From contig OZ024766.1 in assembly GCA_964016885.1 (NCBI GenBank), positions 13,516,001 through 13,580,000 of the forward strand: DNA of 64,000 nucleotides, read 5' to 3'. Below are positions 15,440 through 29,986 of this stretch, piece after piece; positions within the stretch are counted from its first letter, which is position 1, and each line of letters starts with the position of its first letter. The position numbers and the translations under genes are program-made. The notes below the pieces were generated by a model. The model had not been told where the DNA came from and did no database searches. It worked only from the letters and a program-made list of their open reading frames with translations. The stretch comes from Eledone cirrhosa. Lineage: Eukaryota.

Positions 15440-15845
15440 AATTACCAATGAATACAGTGAAGAATTTAGTGTAAAAGTTGGTGTTCATCAAAGCTCAGTC
15501 CTTAGCCCCCTCCTATTTATTATTGCCCTTCAGGCTAAAACAGAAGAGTTTAAGACTGGCTGCCCATGGGAACTTCTATATGCAGATGATCTAACAGCTG
15601 AACTAGATAAGAAATTCCAAACATGGAAGCATGGCCTAGAACCAAAAGGCTGTAAAGTTAACTTGTCTAAGACTAAAGTTCTAGTATATAGGAAGGAAAA
15701 TAGAGCACAGGTGCCCTCTGGGAAATGGCCATGTTCAGTGAGTAGGAAAGGAGTAGGTAGAAATTCCATTTTATGTCCCAAATACAAACTATGGGTACAT
15801 AACAGATGTAATGGGAACACAGGCCAGCTATCTAAGAAAGTAGAT
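15440..15845 (+). mobile_element. RTE LINE internal RT fragment
   Basis: GVHQSSVLSPLLF, GCPWELLYADD and KWPCSV motifs. Confidence 0.88.
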
Positions 15846-15849
15846 AGAT

Positions 15850-16954
<1,105 letters not shown>

Positions 16955-17279
16955 TTATATATTATATTCCTGAAGATATTTCTTCTGCAATATTTCCAGC
17001 AACTGACTTCAGTCAAGATCTGAAGATGATGCAAACTTCTTTCTGATCCAAGTTTAGTTAAGATTCAAAATCATCTTGTAAATATTTCAGATGCTGATGA
17101 AACAATACTTTTCCAAGACACACAGTTCTGAGGAAATATTTCACAGTAATTCTGCCATAGATTTATATAAACAGTGTTATATGAGTTCCTTATGAAAAGC
17201 TTTAGTCTTGAAATGATGATAAATAGAGGGGATGTATTCAAGATTAAAAAATAATGTTATCCCAATGTCATCTGATATT

Positions 17280-17300
17280 CTGAAATAAGAAAAAAACAGT
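17280..17300 (-). promoter_or_regulatory. Probable splice acceptor of the zinc-finger coding exon (5'UTR part 17279-16907)
   Basis: Minus strand reads poly-T tract then CTTATTTCAG|AATATCAG. Confidence 0.55.
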
Positions 17301-18137
17301 ATGAGATAATAGAGAATACTTTAGAAACAGAGATAGATTTAACATTGGAAATTTTATATTTCTATATTGATAAACCAGATATCAACTTTCCTGTCCAGAG
17401 TTATTCTCTCCAATGTAAGCAGTGATATTCCAAGATGCTCTATAAACTATATCCTTCTAACTCTTGGGAGGTCTGCCCTATAGCCTTTACTCAAGAACTT
17501 CATTCTTATGACATTCTAACATGGTAATTGTCTGAGACCTGAGATGTGTAACTTGACAGTTCCTTGAGTAACAGTTCTTTCTACCTGGAAGGGGAAAAGT
17601 GCTGTGTAATTGCTTGGTAACAGTCAAAGGATTCTCACACATGGCTACCCTAGGCACCCCAATAACATGACTTGTGTTAGGCTTGTAGACATAATTAATG
17701 GGAATTTTTATTCGTAGGGCTTTCCTTAATTTTAGCACTATTTTTTTCTTTTCTGTTTGGTTGCCTTTCCACTCATCAACCACTTTACAGCAAGGACTGG
17801 GTGTATTGTTTTTGGCACTAGAGAGGTTATTTTAATCGTCTTAAGAGCTCATATATATACATATATATATATACATATGTTTAGTTATTTATATATATAT
17901 ACATATGTATAGATATTTATATATGTATAGATATTTATATATATATAGATATTTATATATATATACATATATATACATATATTTATATATACATATAAAT
18001 TTCACCAGAGATAGAAAACCAGAATTAGTCATTTAGTTTACATAATGAGACCCCAACCCATCCTATTTATTTTAAATGGGTGAGGTGAATTAAGAGTGGG
18101 GTGGTGGTGTAAACAATCTGAAAATTATATGAGTGCG

Positions 18138-18336
18138 GGTGGGGGACAATTATTTGAGACGAAAGTGAGGGTGGGGGACAATTATTTGAGACGAAAGTGA
18201 GGGTGGGGGACAATTATTTGAGTTACACACACATCTACTGAGTTACACATCTACTGAGTTACACACACATCTACAGAGTTACACACATTTCTACTGAGTT
18301 ACATACACATCTATTGAGTTACACACACATCTACTC
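18138..18336. repeat. Short tandem repeats (32 bp x ~3; ~20 bp x ~6)
   Basis: GGGTGGGGGACAATTATTTGAGACGAAAGTGA and GAGTTACACACACATCTACT units. Confidence 0.85.
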
Positions 18337-18688
18337 ATACATATTTATAAGTAGACACATTATACAAAATAATTATTATATACACTCACATCTATGAATG
18401 ATTGAGGAAGAGCTGGTGAAACACTATAGCAATATATGTGTTTCACCACTTTTGGTTTTGCCGGCTACATAGCCTATCCGTGTTCTTATATCAGATGTGT
18501 AGGTGTATTATCTTGTCTAGTATGTATAATGTATGTATGCATATATACAATATATATACACATATATATATGCATATATACATGAATACATATATATATA
18601 TACACATATATTTATATATATACTTTATATATATACTTTATATATATAAAGTATATATATAAAGTATGTATATAAATATTTAGACAGA

Positions 18689-19287
18689 AAATACGGGAAA
18701 AATTAGTCATAAATATTTTAATTATAAAACGGAATAAATTAATGAAAGAAACGTAAAACAGATAAAAATTGTTGAAATATCTTGAAAATATAAAATATAG
18801 AAGAAAGAGACAGGAATTGATTGAGTTTGAAGTAAATTAATGAATGAACGAAAGTAGGTGGGGCAGGAAGAGGAAATAAAGACATTACAGTCTCGCAGTG
18901 AATGGTATTTTTTAGAGTAAGAATTATTTTATTCCTGGTTGTATAATTAACATTACAAATTATACTTAGACGAATAATGTGCTGTAGTAAATATATATAT
19001 ATATATATATATCATGTCCGAACAGCAAGTACAGTCTCACAGTGAATAGTAAGGATTAGGAGAAGGATTATTTTATTCCTGGTTGTATAAATAACATCAC
19101 AAATATCACAAATATGAAATAGATTTTAAAAAATACATACGTATATATATATATATATATATACACCAGGTCCGAAAAAAATATAGAGAAAGTACAGGTT
19201 CGCAGTGAATATCTCAAGAATTATTTTATTCCTAGTTTTGTGAATAACATTACAAATTATACTTAGACCAAGAATGTAGTGTAGTCA

Positions 19288-19290
<3 letters not shown>
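18689..19290 (+). repeat. Right copy of the direct duplication flanking the zinc-finger gene
   Basis: Matches 13310-14695 apart from the RTE insertion and TA tract lengths. Confidence 0.85.
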
Positions 19291-19318
<28 letters not shown>

Positions 19319-19335
19319 AATATGTGTATATATTT

Positions 19336-22300
19336 CATCATCATCATCATTTTACGTCCGCTCTTCCCTGCTTGCAAGGGTGGGACGGGTCCTATTCAGC
19401 ACAGCATCTCTATTGTCACGGTCCTTCAGCGGTCTGAGGTCTGTTCTCACCACCTCCGCCCATGTTTTTCGTGGTCTACCTCTACCACGTCTTCCTTCAA
19501 CTGGCATTTTCTGGCACTTCTTCACCCATCGGTCATCCCCCATGCGCATCACATGTCCATACCACCTCAGTCTCCTCTCTCGAACACTACATTCTATCCC
19601 TCTCAGACACAGTTTCTCTCTCAACACATCACATGTCCATACCATCTCAGTCTTCTCTCCCGTACACTACATTCTATCCCTCTTATACACAGTTTCTCTC
19701 TCAACTCATCACATGTCCATACCACCTCAGTCTCCTCTCCCGTACACTACATTCTATCCCTCTCAGACACAGTTTCTCTCTCAACTCATCACATGTCCAT
19801 ACCACCTCAGTCTCCTCTCCCGTACACTACATTCTATCCCTCTCAGACACAGTTTCTCTCTCAACACATCACATGTCCATACCATCTCAGTCTTCTCTCC
19901 CGTACACTACATTCTATCCCTCTTATACACAGTTTCTCTCTCAACTCATCACATGTCCATACCACCGCAGACTCCTCTCCCGTACACTACATTCTATCCC
20001 TCTTATACACAGTTTCTCTCTCAACTCATCACATGTCCATACCACCGCAGACTCCTCTCCCGTACACTACATTCTATCACTCTCAACACATTCATGCTGA
20101 GTCGTTCACGCACATTTACACGGCACATCCAATGGAGCATGCTTGCCTCATTTCTCTCCAGCCGTGGCATATCCTCTGCAGTTGCTGCCCATGTCTCACT
20201 ACCATGCAGCATCGCGCTCCACACACAGGCATCATATAACCGGCCTTTCGTAAGCAGGGAGAAACCCTTCTTCGTCAGCAGAGGAAGCAGCTCCCTAAAC
20301 TTCTTCCAACCCGTCCTTATTCTAGATACTATGGCCTCGGAACACCCTCCTCCCATGCTAATCTGATCTCCTAGGTACCGGAAGCTATCCACCACTTCTC
20401 TAGCAGCCGCCTGCATTTGAAAAATGTGTCTATCAATGCGACTTCTACTGTCTAATTTCCCTGTACATCTACTGCATACATATTTCTCCCTACCTGTTAG
20501 TTTGCCTGCTATCCCGCTACATCTCTTGTGTACCTAGGATCTGCATTGTGTGCATTTTATAGAATTTATGCCAGTTCCTTTTCTGCATATCGAACATGGC
20601 ATTTCCCTGACGGAATCAGAGTTTTGTCCTCTTTTCTACTCATCAACACTTTTGTCTCAGCTAGATTCACTCTCAGTCCTCTTGCTCCCAACTGCTGTTT
20701 CCATAGCCAGAATTTATTCTCTAGCTCCTTTACTGATTCTGCTATAATAACCAGATCGTCAGCATAGAGAAGTTCCCATGGACAGTCAGTCTTAAACTCC
20801 TCTGTTATGGCTTGGAGGACTATAATGAACAAGAGCTGGCTGAGGACCAAACCTTGATGTACTCCTACTTGTATCTGGAATTCCTCACTAAACTCCATTC
20901 CTACCCAGACTTTACTGAGAGTACCTCTGTACAAAGTTTGCACTGTCCTAACATGCCATTCCTCAACACCTAGTTTCCTTAGGGACCACCAGATGACAGA
21001 TGGGGGTACCCTATCAAAGGCCTTCTCTAGGTCAACAAAGGCTAAGTATAGTGGCTTATGTTTTTCTAAGAACCTCTCTTGCAATTGTCTCACCAAGAAG
21101 AGGGCATTTTTTGTACTCTTCCCAGGCACAAAACCAAACTGCATCTCATCTAGTTTGACCCTTTCTCTAATTAGTTATTCTAATATCTTTTCTGCCACTT
21201 TTATAACCTGATCCATCAGTTTTATACCCCTATAATTGCTCCTCTCCAGAGCATCCCCTTTACCTTTGTAGCAATTTATGAGAATACTGTTGCACCAGTC
21301 TTTGGGTATGACACCACTATATATAGCCTGATTGATGATGCGTGCAACCAGTTTAGTGCCTACGTCCCCTGATGCCTTCATCATCTCAGCAACTATTCCC
21401 AATGGTCCAGTAGCCTTACCATTTTTCATTTCCTTAATCGCCTCTTGAACCCTATATTCGTCAAACTCAATAGCTGGTCCCTCTGTCGGATCTACCAAGG
21501 GTAATTTCTCTCTCTCCCATTCGTTCTCCACATTCATCAGTCTCTCATAATGACATTTCCAGGCCTCCTTTTTCTGATCATTCGTGACACTAAGTACACC
21601 GGCATCATTCCGGACACATTTATCTCCAACAACATCCTGATTTGCATTGACACACTGCCTTGCAATGTGGAACGCCGCATGCCTCTGATCTTCCCGTCGC
21701 AGAACATTGGCAAACCTTCTACTCTCAGCCTCTATGCATGCTAAGTACACCTGACGTCTAGCTTCTCTCTTAGTTGCTGTATATTCTTCCCTACTCCCAC
21801 ACTTTTTCAAAGCATTCCATGCTAGTCTTTTGTCTCTAATGGCCTTATCTACTGTGCTGTTCCACCACCAGGTCACTCTCTGTCTGGTTGGAGCTCTGCT
21901 CCAGCCACAAGTTTCATCAGTAGCCTGCAGTAAGTTGTCACGTAAGAAATTCCAGTTATTATCTATGTCATACGTCTCTAAATCGTTTTCTTTTTCGTCA
22001 TATACATCTTGAAGGGCTTTCCTAAATTTGTATTTTAGTGAAAGGTCTTTTAGCTTCCAGACCTTTCTTCTCCACACCTTCCTGTATGTCTCATTCCATC
22101 TCTTGCTTTCTGAGATATCACTAACGACTAACCTATGCTGTGGGGTACATTCTTCCCCATGGTATGCCTTGGTATTAGACACTATCTGCCTGTCCCGTTG
22201 CCTAACTAGTAAGAAGTCAATCTGGCTTATGTGCTTGCCTGATTTGTAGGTTATTAGGTGATTGGCAGGTTTCTGGAAGTTTGTGTTGCAAATAGTCAGT

Positions 22301-23030
22301 GTATTTGCATCACAAAATTCAAGAAGTCTCACTCCTTCTTCATTTCTTGAGCCGTAACCGTGCCCACAATGTACCCCAGTGTAACCATCCTGGAGCTGTC
22401 CAACATGACCATTGAAGTCTCCTGCTAGCATAACGATGTCTCCGTCCTCTGTCATTGCGGTTGTTTGTAAAAGTTGCTCGTAAAAGCAGTCTTTCTTATC
22501 TTTGCCTAGGCCTGCTTGGGGAGCATAGGCTCAGATGATTGTCAGTAGTCTCCTGCCTACAACTAATCTAAGCTTAATTATTCGATTACTAACTCGAACT
22601 ACCTCTATTGTCTTATTGATCCATCTCTCAGCCATGAAAATGCCTACTCCCCCTAACCCACCAATCTTACCTACCCAGAAAAGCTTATAACTAAGTGTTT
22701 GCCTACGACTAGTCTCGCAGAGGCACCTCTCCATCTCACCTCTTGCACGCAGCACACATCCACATGCCTTCTCTCCAGCATCTCCGCTATTTCAGCAGAT
22801 CTACCTCTCAGAGTGCCAACATTAAGTGTTGCAACTCTGAGATGCGACGTCTTCATATTTTGTTGTTGTTCCTATTTGTTGCTGTGCTGATAAGCGTGTT
22901 GGCATTGATACACTGGTTGGATGCCCTTCCTAACACCAGCGTCACTTTACAGCATTGACTGGGTGCTTTTCTTTGTGCCACCAGCACTAGAGAGGATGTC
23001 TTACTAGACTCAAGGGCCCTCTCTACCTCT
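19336..23030 (-). mobile_element. Near-full-length decayed RTE LINE (APE endonuclease + RT) with an internal 80-bp x7 tandem array
   Basis: LRVATLNVGT, VQEVRW, GDFNGHVG, NYRGIKL, AFVDLEKAFD, ELLYADD and RWYGHV motifs; (CAT)n tail at 19336; frameshifts. Confidence 0.96.
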
Positions 23031-23267
23031 CCATTTTACAACATGGTCATAAGAAACAAAACAAAAAAAAACACTTATTGACATGACACGCACACACACA
23101 CACACACACCAACACTCGTGCATAGAAACTACAAACACACACACCACACACACACCAACACTCATTCATGCATACAAACACACACACCACTCACACACAC
23201 ATATATATATATATTACCAGCAGTACTGATACAAAATCAAAATCATGTCAACTATTGACTTTTCCCA

Positions 23268-24229
23268 TGGTGGTGGTGGTGGTGGATGGTGTCAGTGATG
23301 GTGATGGTGGTGGTGGTGGTAGTGGGGGAGGTGGTGGATGGTGTCAGTGATGGTGATGGTGGTGGATGGTGGATGGTGACTGATGGTGGCGATGGTGGTG
23401 GATGGTGCTAGTGATGGTGTCAGTGATGGTGGTGCTGGTGGATGGTGCTATTGATGGTGGCGGTGGTAGTAGTGGTGGTGATGAGGGTGGTGGATGGTGG
23501 TGATGGCGGTGGTGGTGGATGGTGTCAGTAATGATGGTGGTGGATGGTGCTAGTGATGGTGGCGGTGGTAGTAGTGGTGGTGATGAGGGTGGTGGATGGT
23601 GGTGATGGCGGTGGTGGTGGATGGTGTCAGTAATGATGGTGGTGGTGGTGGATGGTGCTAGTGATGGTGGCGGTGGTAGTAGTGGTGGTGATGAGGGTGG
23701 TGGATGGTGGTGATGGCGGTGGTGGTGGATGGTATCAGTAATGATGGTGGTGGATGGTGCTAGTGATGGTGGCGGTGGTAGTAGTGGTGGTGATGAGGGT
23801 GGTGGATGGTGGTGATGGCGGTGGTGGTGGATGGTGTCAGTAATGATGGTGGTGGTGGTGGATGGTGCTAGTGATGGTGGCGGTGGTAGTAGTGGTGGTG
23901 ATGAGGGTGGTGGATGGTGGTGATGGCGGTGGTGCTGGACGGTGCCAGTGATGGTGGTGGTTGTGGTGGTGGATGGTGCCAGGGATGGTGGTTGTGGTGG
24001 TGGTGAAGGTGGTGGATGGTGTCAGTATGGTGATGGTGGTGGCAGTTGTTGTTGCTGTAGTTGTTGTTGTAGTTGCTGTTGTTGTTTTTGATGCTGCTGC
24101 TGCCGTTGTTGTTGTTCTTCATTTCACTGAAGCTGCAGACAATGGTGCTGTTGCTGTTATTGTAGTCACATATATATAAATACATACATACACACACATT
24201 CAACACAGACAATGGTGTTGTTGCTGTTG

Positions 24230-24260
<31 letters not shown>

Positions 24261-24300
24261 CGTTGTTGCTGTTCTTCATTTCACCGATGCTGTTGCTGTT
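23268..24300. repeat. (GGT/GAT)n and (GCT/GTT)n low-complexity tract
   Basis: Triplet repeats with a ~115-bp higher-order unit. Confidence 0.93.
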
Positions 24301-24307
24301 ATTATAG

Positions 24308-24349
<42 letters not shown>

Positions 24350-25847
24350 TTGTAACACCCACGTCCCGTAGGGCCTACATAGGGTTAACCGCCAATAGTT
24401 TCAAGCAGCGTCTTTACATGCATACCCATTCTTTTCGTTACCCTCTAAGAAGGAATATGACGTCACTTTCAGCTTATATCTGGAGTCTAAAAGACAACCA
24501 CACCCAATATAAGTTACACTGGGAGATCCTAGCTAGGGCTAGATCGTATAACGGAAATAAAAGACCATGTGACCTCTGCGCCGCTGAGGCCCTGGAAATA
24601 CTCTACGCCACAGACCACATCTTAAACAAAAAATCTGAGGCAATTTCGGCTTGTAAACATAAATTGCACAAAACTTTCCTGTATTACAGCCCCACATTAT
24701 ACCCTAATGGATAGTACGATCTATACGCGGATATTTTACGTCTTGATGTGGGAGCTAAGTATATGTTTTGTTTATTCCTTTACTTATTTGCATAGGTAAG
24801 TATATATTACCCGTATGTTTTGTGAAGGTATGTATACCTTCTCGTACGTATATTTGACTGTTACGGCGTATAATCTTTACATATTCTGGTATTTAGGGTT
24901 TGGTTATGTGTATATGGGAGTTTTGCGTCTGCGTGAGTATGCAGGTTCGTACGTATGGTGGGTGTGTGTATATGTGTACTTCTTGTTTTAGTTGACTTAC
25001 GTCTCCGAACCTTCGTGTATTTATTTGTAGGTATGTGTGTGCACTTGTTATATACGTATTTATTTACTTATATACGTTTATATAATTATTTATTTATTTG
25101 TACACAAGCATACACACGTACACATATTTATATGTGCGTGGTTTTGTATACCTATGGTAAGGTTTTGCGTATGCTTGTGTATGTACGTATCTGTTTGCGC
25201 GTATGTATTTATTTGTTTCTATTACTTCTGTATTGTATTTATTTACTTTGTTCTTAACTCTGTAGCGGAGATTCATTCGGTCTCCTAGTTAGAATTTTAG
25301 TCTACAACTTCTGCTATACCATTTACGTGGTTTTGTCTTTGCGTGCTATTGTTCTCCACGCTCCACATATGACGTATTATCTTCGTTTTTTCCGTTCATT
25401 GCCAGAGAACGTCTCTATGAACCACCTAAGAGAACATTAGTCTACGACCTCTTTTATACCATTTACGTGGTTTTGTCTTTGCGTGCTATTGTTCTCCACG
25501 CTCCACATATGACTTATTATCTTCGTTTTTCGTTCATTGCCAGAGAACGTCTCTATGCACCACTTAGAGAACATTAGTCTACGACCTCTTTTATACCATA
25601 AACGTGGTTCTGTCTTTGCGCGTAATTGTTTTTCACCGCTCCTATTAATGATGTATTATTCGTTTTTCCCCGTTCTTTGCCAGCGAACGTCACCATGAAC
25701 CAAAGTATCGTCTTCCTGTCTTCCTCCGGTTGCAACGTTTTTTGAAATATCCAGTACTGCGTTTACAGATTGACTTTGTTAGTTTCAGAAGATCCCGTTA
25801 AGGGTGAAAGCAGCGATTCTTTGCTTAAACTTTAATCTGTTATTTTA

Positions 25848-25850
<3 letters not shown>
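24350..25850 (+). mobile_element. Penelope-like element 3' part (GIY-YIG endonuclease C-half + 3' pLTR)
   Basis: YIGLTANSFKQR...HTHSF...TSLSAYIWSLKD...WEIL...CDLCAAEALEIL...LNKKSE...CKH; flanked by (TA)n; ~139-bp x3 tandem repeat at 25310-25700; hammerhead-like motif near the end. Confidence 0.88.
25781..25831 (+). ncRNA. Hammerhead-like ribozyme (variant core CAGAAGA)
   Basis: AGTTT-CAGAAGA-TCCC GTTAA GGGT-GAAA GCA...TGC TT-AAACT; stems I, II and III can pair; U4>A deviation. Confidence 0.5.
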
Positions 25851-25878
<28 letters not shown>

Positions 25879-25879
<1 letters not shown>

Positions 25880-28727
25880 CATCATCATCATCATTTTACG
25901 TCCGCTTTTCCCTGCTTGCAAGGGTGGGACGGGTCTTATTCAGCACAGCATCTCTCCACTCGTCACGGTCCCTCGTCATCTCCACCGTGAGCTTCAATGA
26001 TCTGAGGTCTGTTCTCACCACCTCCGCCCATGTTTTTCGTGGTCTACCTCTACCACATCTTCCTTCAACTGGCATTTCCTGGCACTTCTTCACCCATCGG
26101 TCATCCTCCATGCGCATCACATGTCCATACCACCTCAGTCTCCACTCCCGTACACTACATTCTATCCCTCTCAGACACAGTTTCTCTCTCAACACATTTA
26201 TGCTGGGTCGTTCACGCACATTTACACTGCACATCCAACGGAGCATGCTTGCCTCATTTCTCTCCAGCCGTCGCATATCTTCTGCGGTAGCTGCCCATGT
26301 CTCACTACCATGCAGCATCGCGCTCCTCACACAGGCATCATACAACCGGCCTTTCGTACGCAGGGAGAAACCCTTCTTCGTCAACAGAGGAAGCAGCTCC
26401 CTAAACTTCTTCCAACCCGTCCTTATTCTAGATACTATGGCCTCGGAACACCCTCCTCCCATGCTAATCTGATCTCCTAGGTACCGGAAGCTATCCACCA
26501 CTTCTATAGCGCCCTCTCGCATTTGAAAAATGTGTCTATCAATGCGACTTCTACTGTCTAATTTCCCTGTACATCTACTGCATACATATTTCTCCCTACC
26601 TGTTAGTTTGCCTGCTATCCCGCTACATCTCTTGTGTACCCAGGACCTACATTGTGTGCATTTTATAGAATTTAAGCCAGTTCCTTTTCTGCATATCGAA
26701 CATGGCCATTTCCCTGACGGAATCAGGGTTTTGTCCTCTTTTCTACTCATCAACACTTTTGTCTTAGCTAGATTTACTCTCAGTCCTCTTGCTTCCAACT
26801 GCTGTTTCCATAGCCGGAATTTATTCTCTAGCTCCTCTACTGATTCTGCCATAAGAGCCAGATCGTCAGCATAGAGAAGTTCCCATGGACAGCCAGTCTT
26901 AAACTCCTCTGTTATGGCTTGGAGGACTATAATGAACAAGAGCGGGCTGAGGACCGAACCCTGATGTACTCCTACTTGTATCTGGAATTCCTCACTAAAC
27001 TCCATTCCTACCCTGACTTTACTGAGAGTACCTCTGTACAAAGTTTGCACTGTCCTTAGAAGCCATTCCTCAACACCCAGCTTCGTTAGGGACCACCAGA
27101 TGACAGATCAGGGTACCCTATCAAAGGCCTTCTCTAGGTCAACAAAGGCTAAGTATAGTGGCTTATTCTTCTCTAAGAACCTCTCTTGCATTTGTCTCAC
27201 CAAGAAGAGGGCATCTGTTGTACTCTTCCCAGGCAGAAAACCAAACTGCATCTCATCTAGTTTGACCCTTTCTCTAATTAGTTGTGCTAAAATCCTTTCT
27301 GCCACTTTCATAACCTGATCTATCAGTTTTATACCCCTATAATTGCTCCTCTCCAAAGCATCCCCTTTACCTTTGTAGCAATTTATGAGAATACTGCTGC
27401 ACCAGTCTTTGGGTATGACACCACCATATATAGCCTGATTGATTATGCGTGCAACCAGTTTAGTGCCTACGTCCCCTGATGCCTTCAGCATCTCAGCAAC
27501 TATTCCCGATGGTCCGGACGCCTTACCATTTTTCATTTCCCTAATCGCCTCTTGGACCCTATATTCGTCAATCTCAATAGCTGGTCCCTCTGTCGGATCT
27601 ACCAAGGGTAATTTCTCTCTCTCCCATTCGTTCTCCACATTCATCAGTCTCTCATAATGACATTTCCAGGCCTCCTTTTTCTGGTCATTCGTGACACTAA
27701 GTACACCGGCATCATCCCGGACACATTTATCACCAACAACATCCTGATTTGCATTGACACACTGCCTTGCAATGTGGAACACCGCACGCCTCTGATCTTC
27801 CCGTCGCAGAACATTGGCAAACCTCCTACTCTCTGCCTCCCTGCGTGCTAAGTACACCTGATGTCTAGCTTCTCTCTTAGTGGCTGTATATTCTTCCCTA
27901 CTCCCACCCTTATTCCAAGCCTTCCATGCTAGTCTTTTGTCTCTAATAGCCTTATCTACACTGCTGTTCCACCACCAGGTCACTCTCTGTCTGGTTGGAG
28001 CTCTGCTCCAGCCACAGGTTTCATCAGTAACCTTCAGCAAGTTGTCACGTAAGAACTTCCAGTTATTATCTATGTCATACGTCTCTAAATCGTCTTCTTT
28101 TTCGTCATATACATCTTGAAGGGCTTTCCTAAATTTGAATTTTAGTGAAAGGTCTTTTAGCTTCCAGACCTTTCTTCTCCACACCTTCCTATATGTCTCA
28201 TTCCATCTCTTGCTTACTGAGATATCACTAACAACTAACCTATGCTGTGGGGTACATTCTTCCCCAGGGTATGCCTTGGTATTAGACACTATCTGCCTGT
28301 CCCGCTGCCTAACTAGCAGGAAGTCAATCTGGCTTATGTGCTCACCAGATTTGTAGGTTATTAGGTGATTGGCAGGTTTCTGGAAGTTTGTGTTGCAAAT
28401 AGTCAATGTACTTGCATCACAAAATTCAAGAAGTCTCACTCCTTCTTCATTTCTTGAACCGTAACCGTGCCCACCATGTACCCCAGTGTAACCATCCTGG
28501 AGCTGTCCAACATGACCATTGAAGTCTCCTGCTAGCATAACGATGTCTCCGTCCTCTGTCATTGTGGTTGTTTGCAAAAGTTGCTCATAAAAGCAGTCTT
28601 TCTCATCTTTGCCTAGGCCTGCTTGGGGAGCATAGACCGAGATGATTGTCAGTAGTCTCCTACCTACAACTAATCTAAGCTTAATTATTCGATTACTAAC
28701 TCGAACTACCTCTATTGTGTTATTGAT

Positions 28728-28730
<3 letters not shown>
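25879..28730 (-). mobile_element. RTE LINE, 5'-truncated, nearly intact ORF (APE-RT-PHD-like finger)
   Basis: ORFs 27108..28577 and 25896..27050 are separated by an in-frame stop; (CAT)n tail; same subfamily as 19336-23030. Confidence 0.97.
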
Positions 28731-28809
<79 letters not shown>

Positions 28810-28871
28810 ATATATATATATATATATATATAATATATAAGAACAAAAGATGGTTAAAAGAGTTCCATGTA

Positions 28872-28938
28872 TTTTATTATGCGCATTTCAAAAACAAATA
28901 TCATCATGCAATAATATTTGTGTTTTCATCAGATAAAA
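28872..28938 (-). ncRNA. Minimal type-I hammerhead ribozyme
   Basis: Minus strand TTTTAT-CTGATGA-AAACACAAATATTATTGCATGATGATATTTGTTTTT-GAAA T GCGC A TA-ATAAAA; palindromic stem-III loop. Confidence 0.85.
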
Positions 28939-29153
28939 GAGGAAGACATGATATGAAGGTTAAAAAACACTTGTGGATAGTGCAGTTTTAAATCAACATA
29001 TGAAAAGTAGTTTTAGATTGATGTGCGATATTGGGAAAAATATTTTATTTTGAGGGTGGGGTGGGGGTTTGGAAAGGATGAAAAAGAGGAGGAGATGAGA
29101 GTAAAAAGTGGAGAGGGAGAAGTATAATGAGGAAGGATGAGATAGGAGGAGAG

Positions 29154-29281
29154 ATGGGTGATAGAGAGAGAGAGAGAGATAGCTTTTATAACTGAGAAAG
29201 ATATATTGTTTTACATAAACAATATATGTAAAACAATATATCTTTCTCAGTTATAAAAGCTATCTCTCTCTATCACCCATC
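29154..29281. repeat. Near-perfect foldback (~55-60-bp arms)
   Basis: GATGGGTGATAGAG...GCTTTTATAACTGAGAAAGATATATTGTTTTACATA / TATGTAAAACAATATATCTTTCTCAGTTATAAAAGC...CTATCACCCATC. Confidence 0.92.
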
Positions 29282-29730
29282 AGATTTTTTTATGTATCCT
29301 TGGAGTCTTTTGAGTTCTAACTTCCTTTATATTTCCTTACTGTTTTTATAATATAATTAAGTAGTTAATCTTATTTCTTATTTCACTTCGTTAATCTTAT
29401 TTCTTGTTTCACTTCTTTCACTTAGATATATTTACGCTATATTTCTCCATTAAAACTTATTTCTTCATTCATTCTGACTATATCCACTATCACTATGTAT
29501 AATCGTTCTTTCTTTCCTCTTCTCTCTTTTCTTTTTTTCTCTTTCCCTTACATATCATCTTCTTCCAACAGTTTAATTTAAATAAACCGTTATCTTCTCA
29601 ACTTTTCGGACACTCACTCATAACTTTGTATCACCCTCAATAAAATATTATCTCCACTATCCAGGAAGCTCCAACCGTTAAGGTTGTTTTTTTTCCTGGT
29701 ATGTCAATATTTATTTATAAAACAAATCTG

Positions 29731-29796
29731 TATTTTATCTGATGAAAACGCACCATAATTTGCCTTGGTTGCCCTTGAAATATGTATAATAAAATA
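29731..29796 (+). ncRNA. Minimal type-I hammerhead ribozyme
   Basis: TATTTTAT-CTGATGA-stem II-GAAA T ATGT A TA-ATAAAATA; perfect 8-bp stem I. Confidence 0.8.
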
Positions 29797-29867
29797 AATA
29801 TGGTTTTATAAATATAGTTTCCATTTATTAATATATTGTATAAATATATATATATAAATATATACGC

Positions 29868-29899
<32 letters not shown>

Positions 29900-29928
29900 T
29901 TATATAAATATATATATATATATTTCGA

Positions 29929-29986
29929 ATACCTGTTGATGTCACCGGATTCATACGGAACCCGGTCATTGAAATGATCATAGTAT
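29929..29986 (+). ncRNA. Degenerate minimal hammerhead ribozyme (A6>U)
   Basis: ATAC-CTGTTGA-TGTCACCGGATTCATACGGAACCCGGTCATT-GAAA T GATC A TA-GTAT. Confidence 0.55.

Noticed and set aside
18414-18510. Hairpin TGGTGAAACAC...GTGTTTCACCA as a possible hammerhead
   Set aside because: No intact CUGANGA box with a matching stem I
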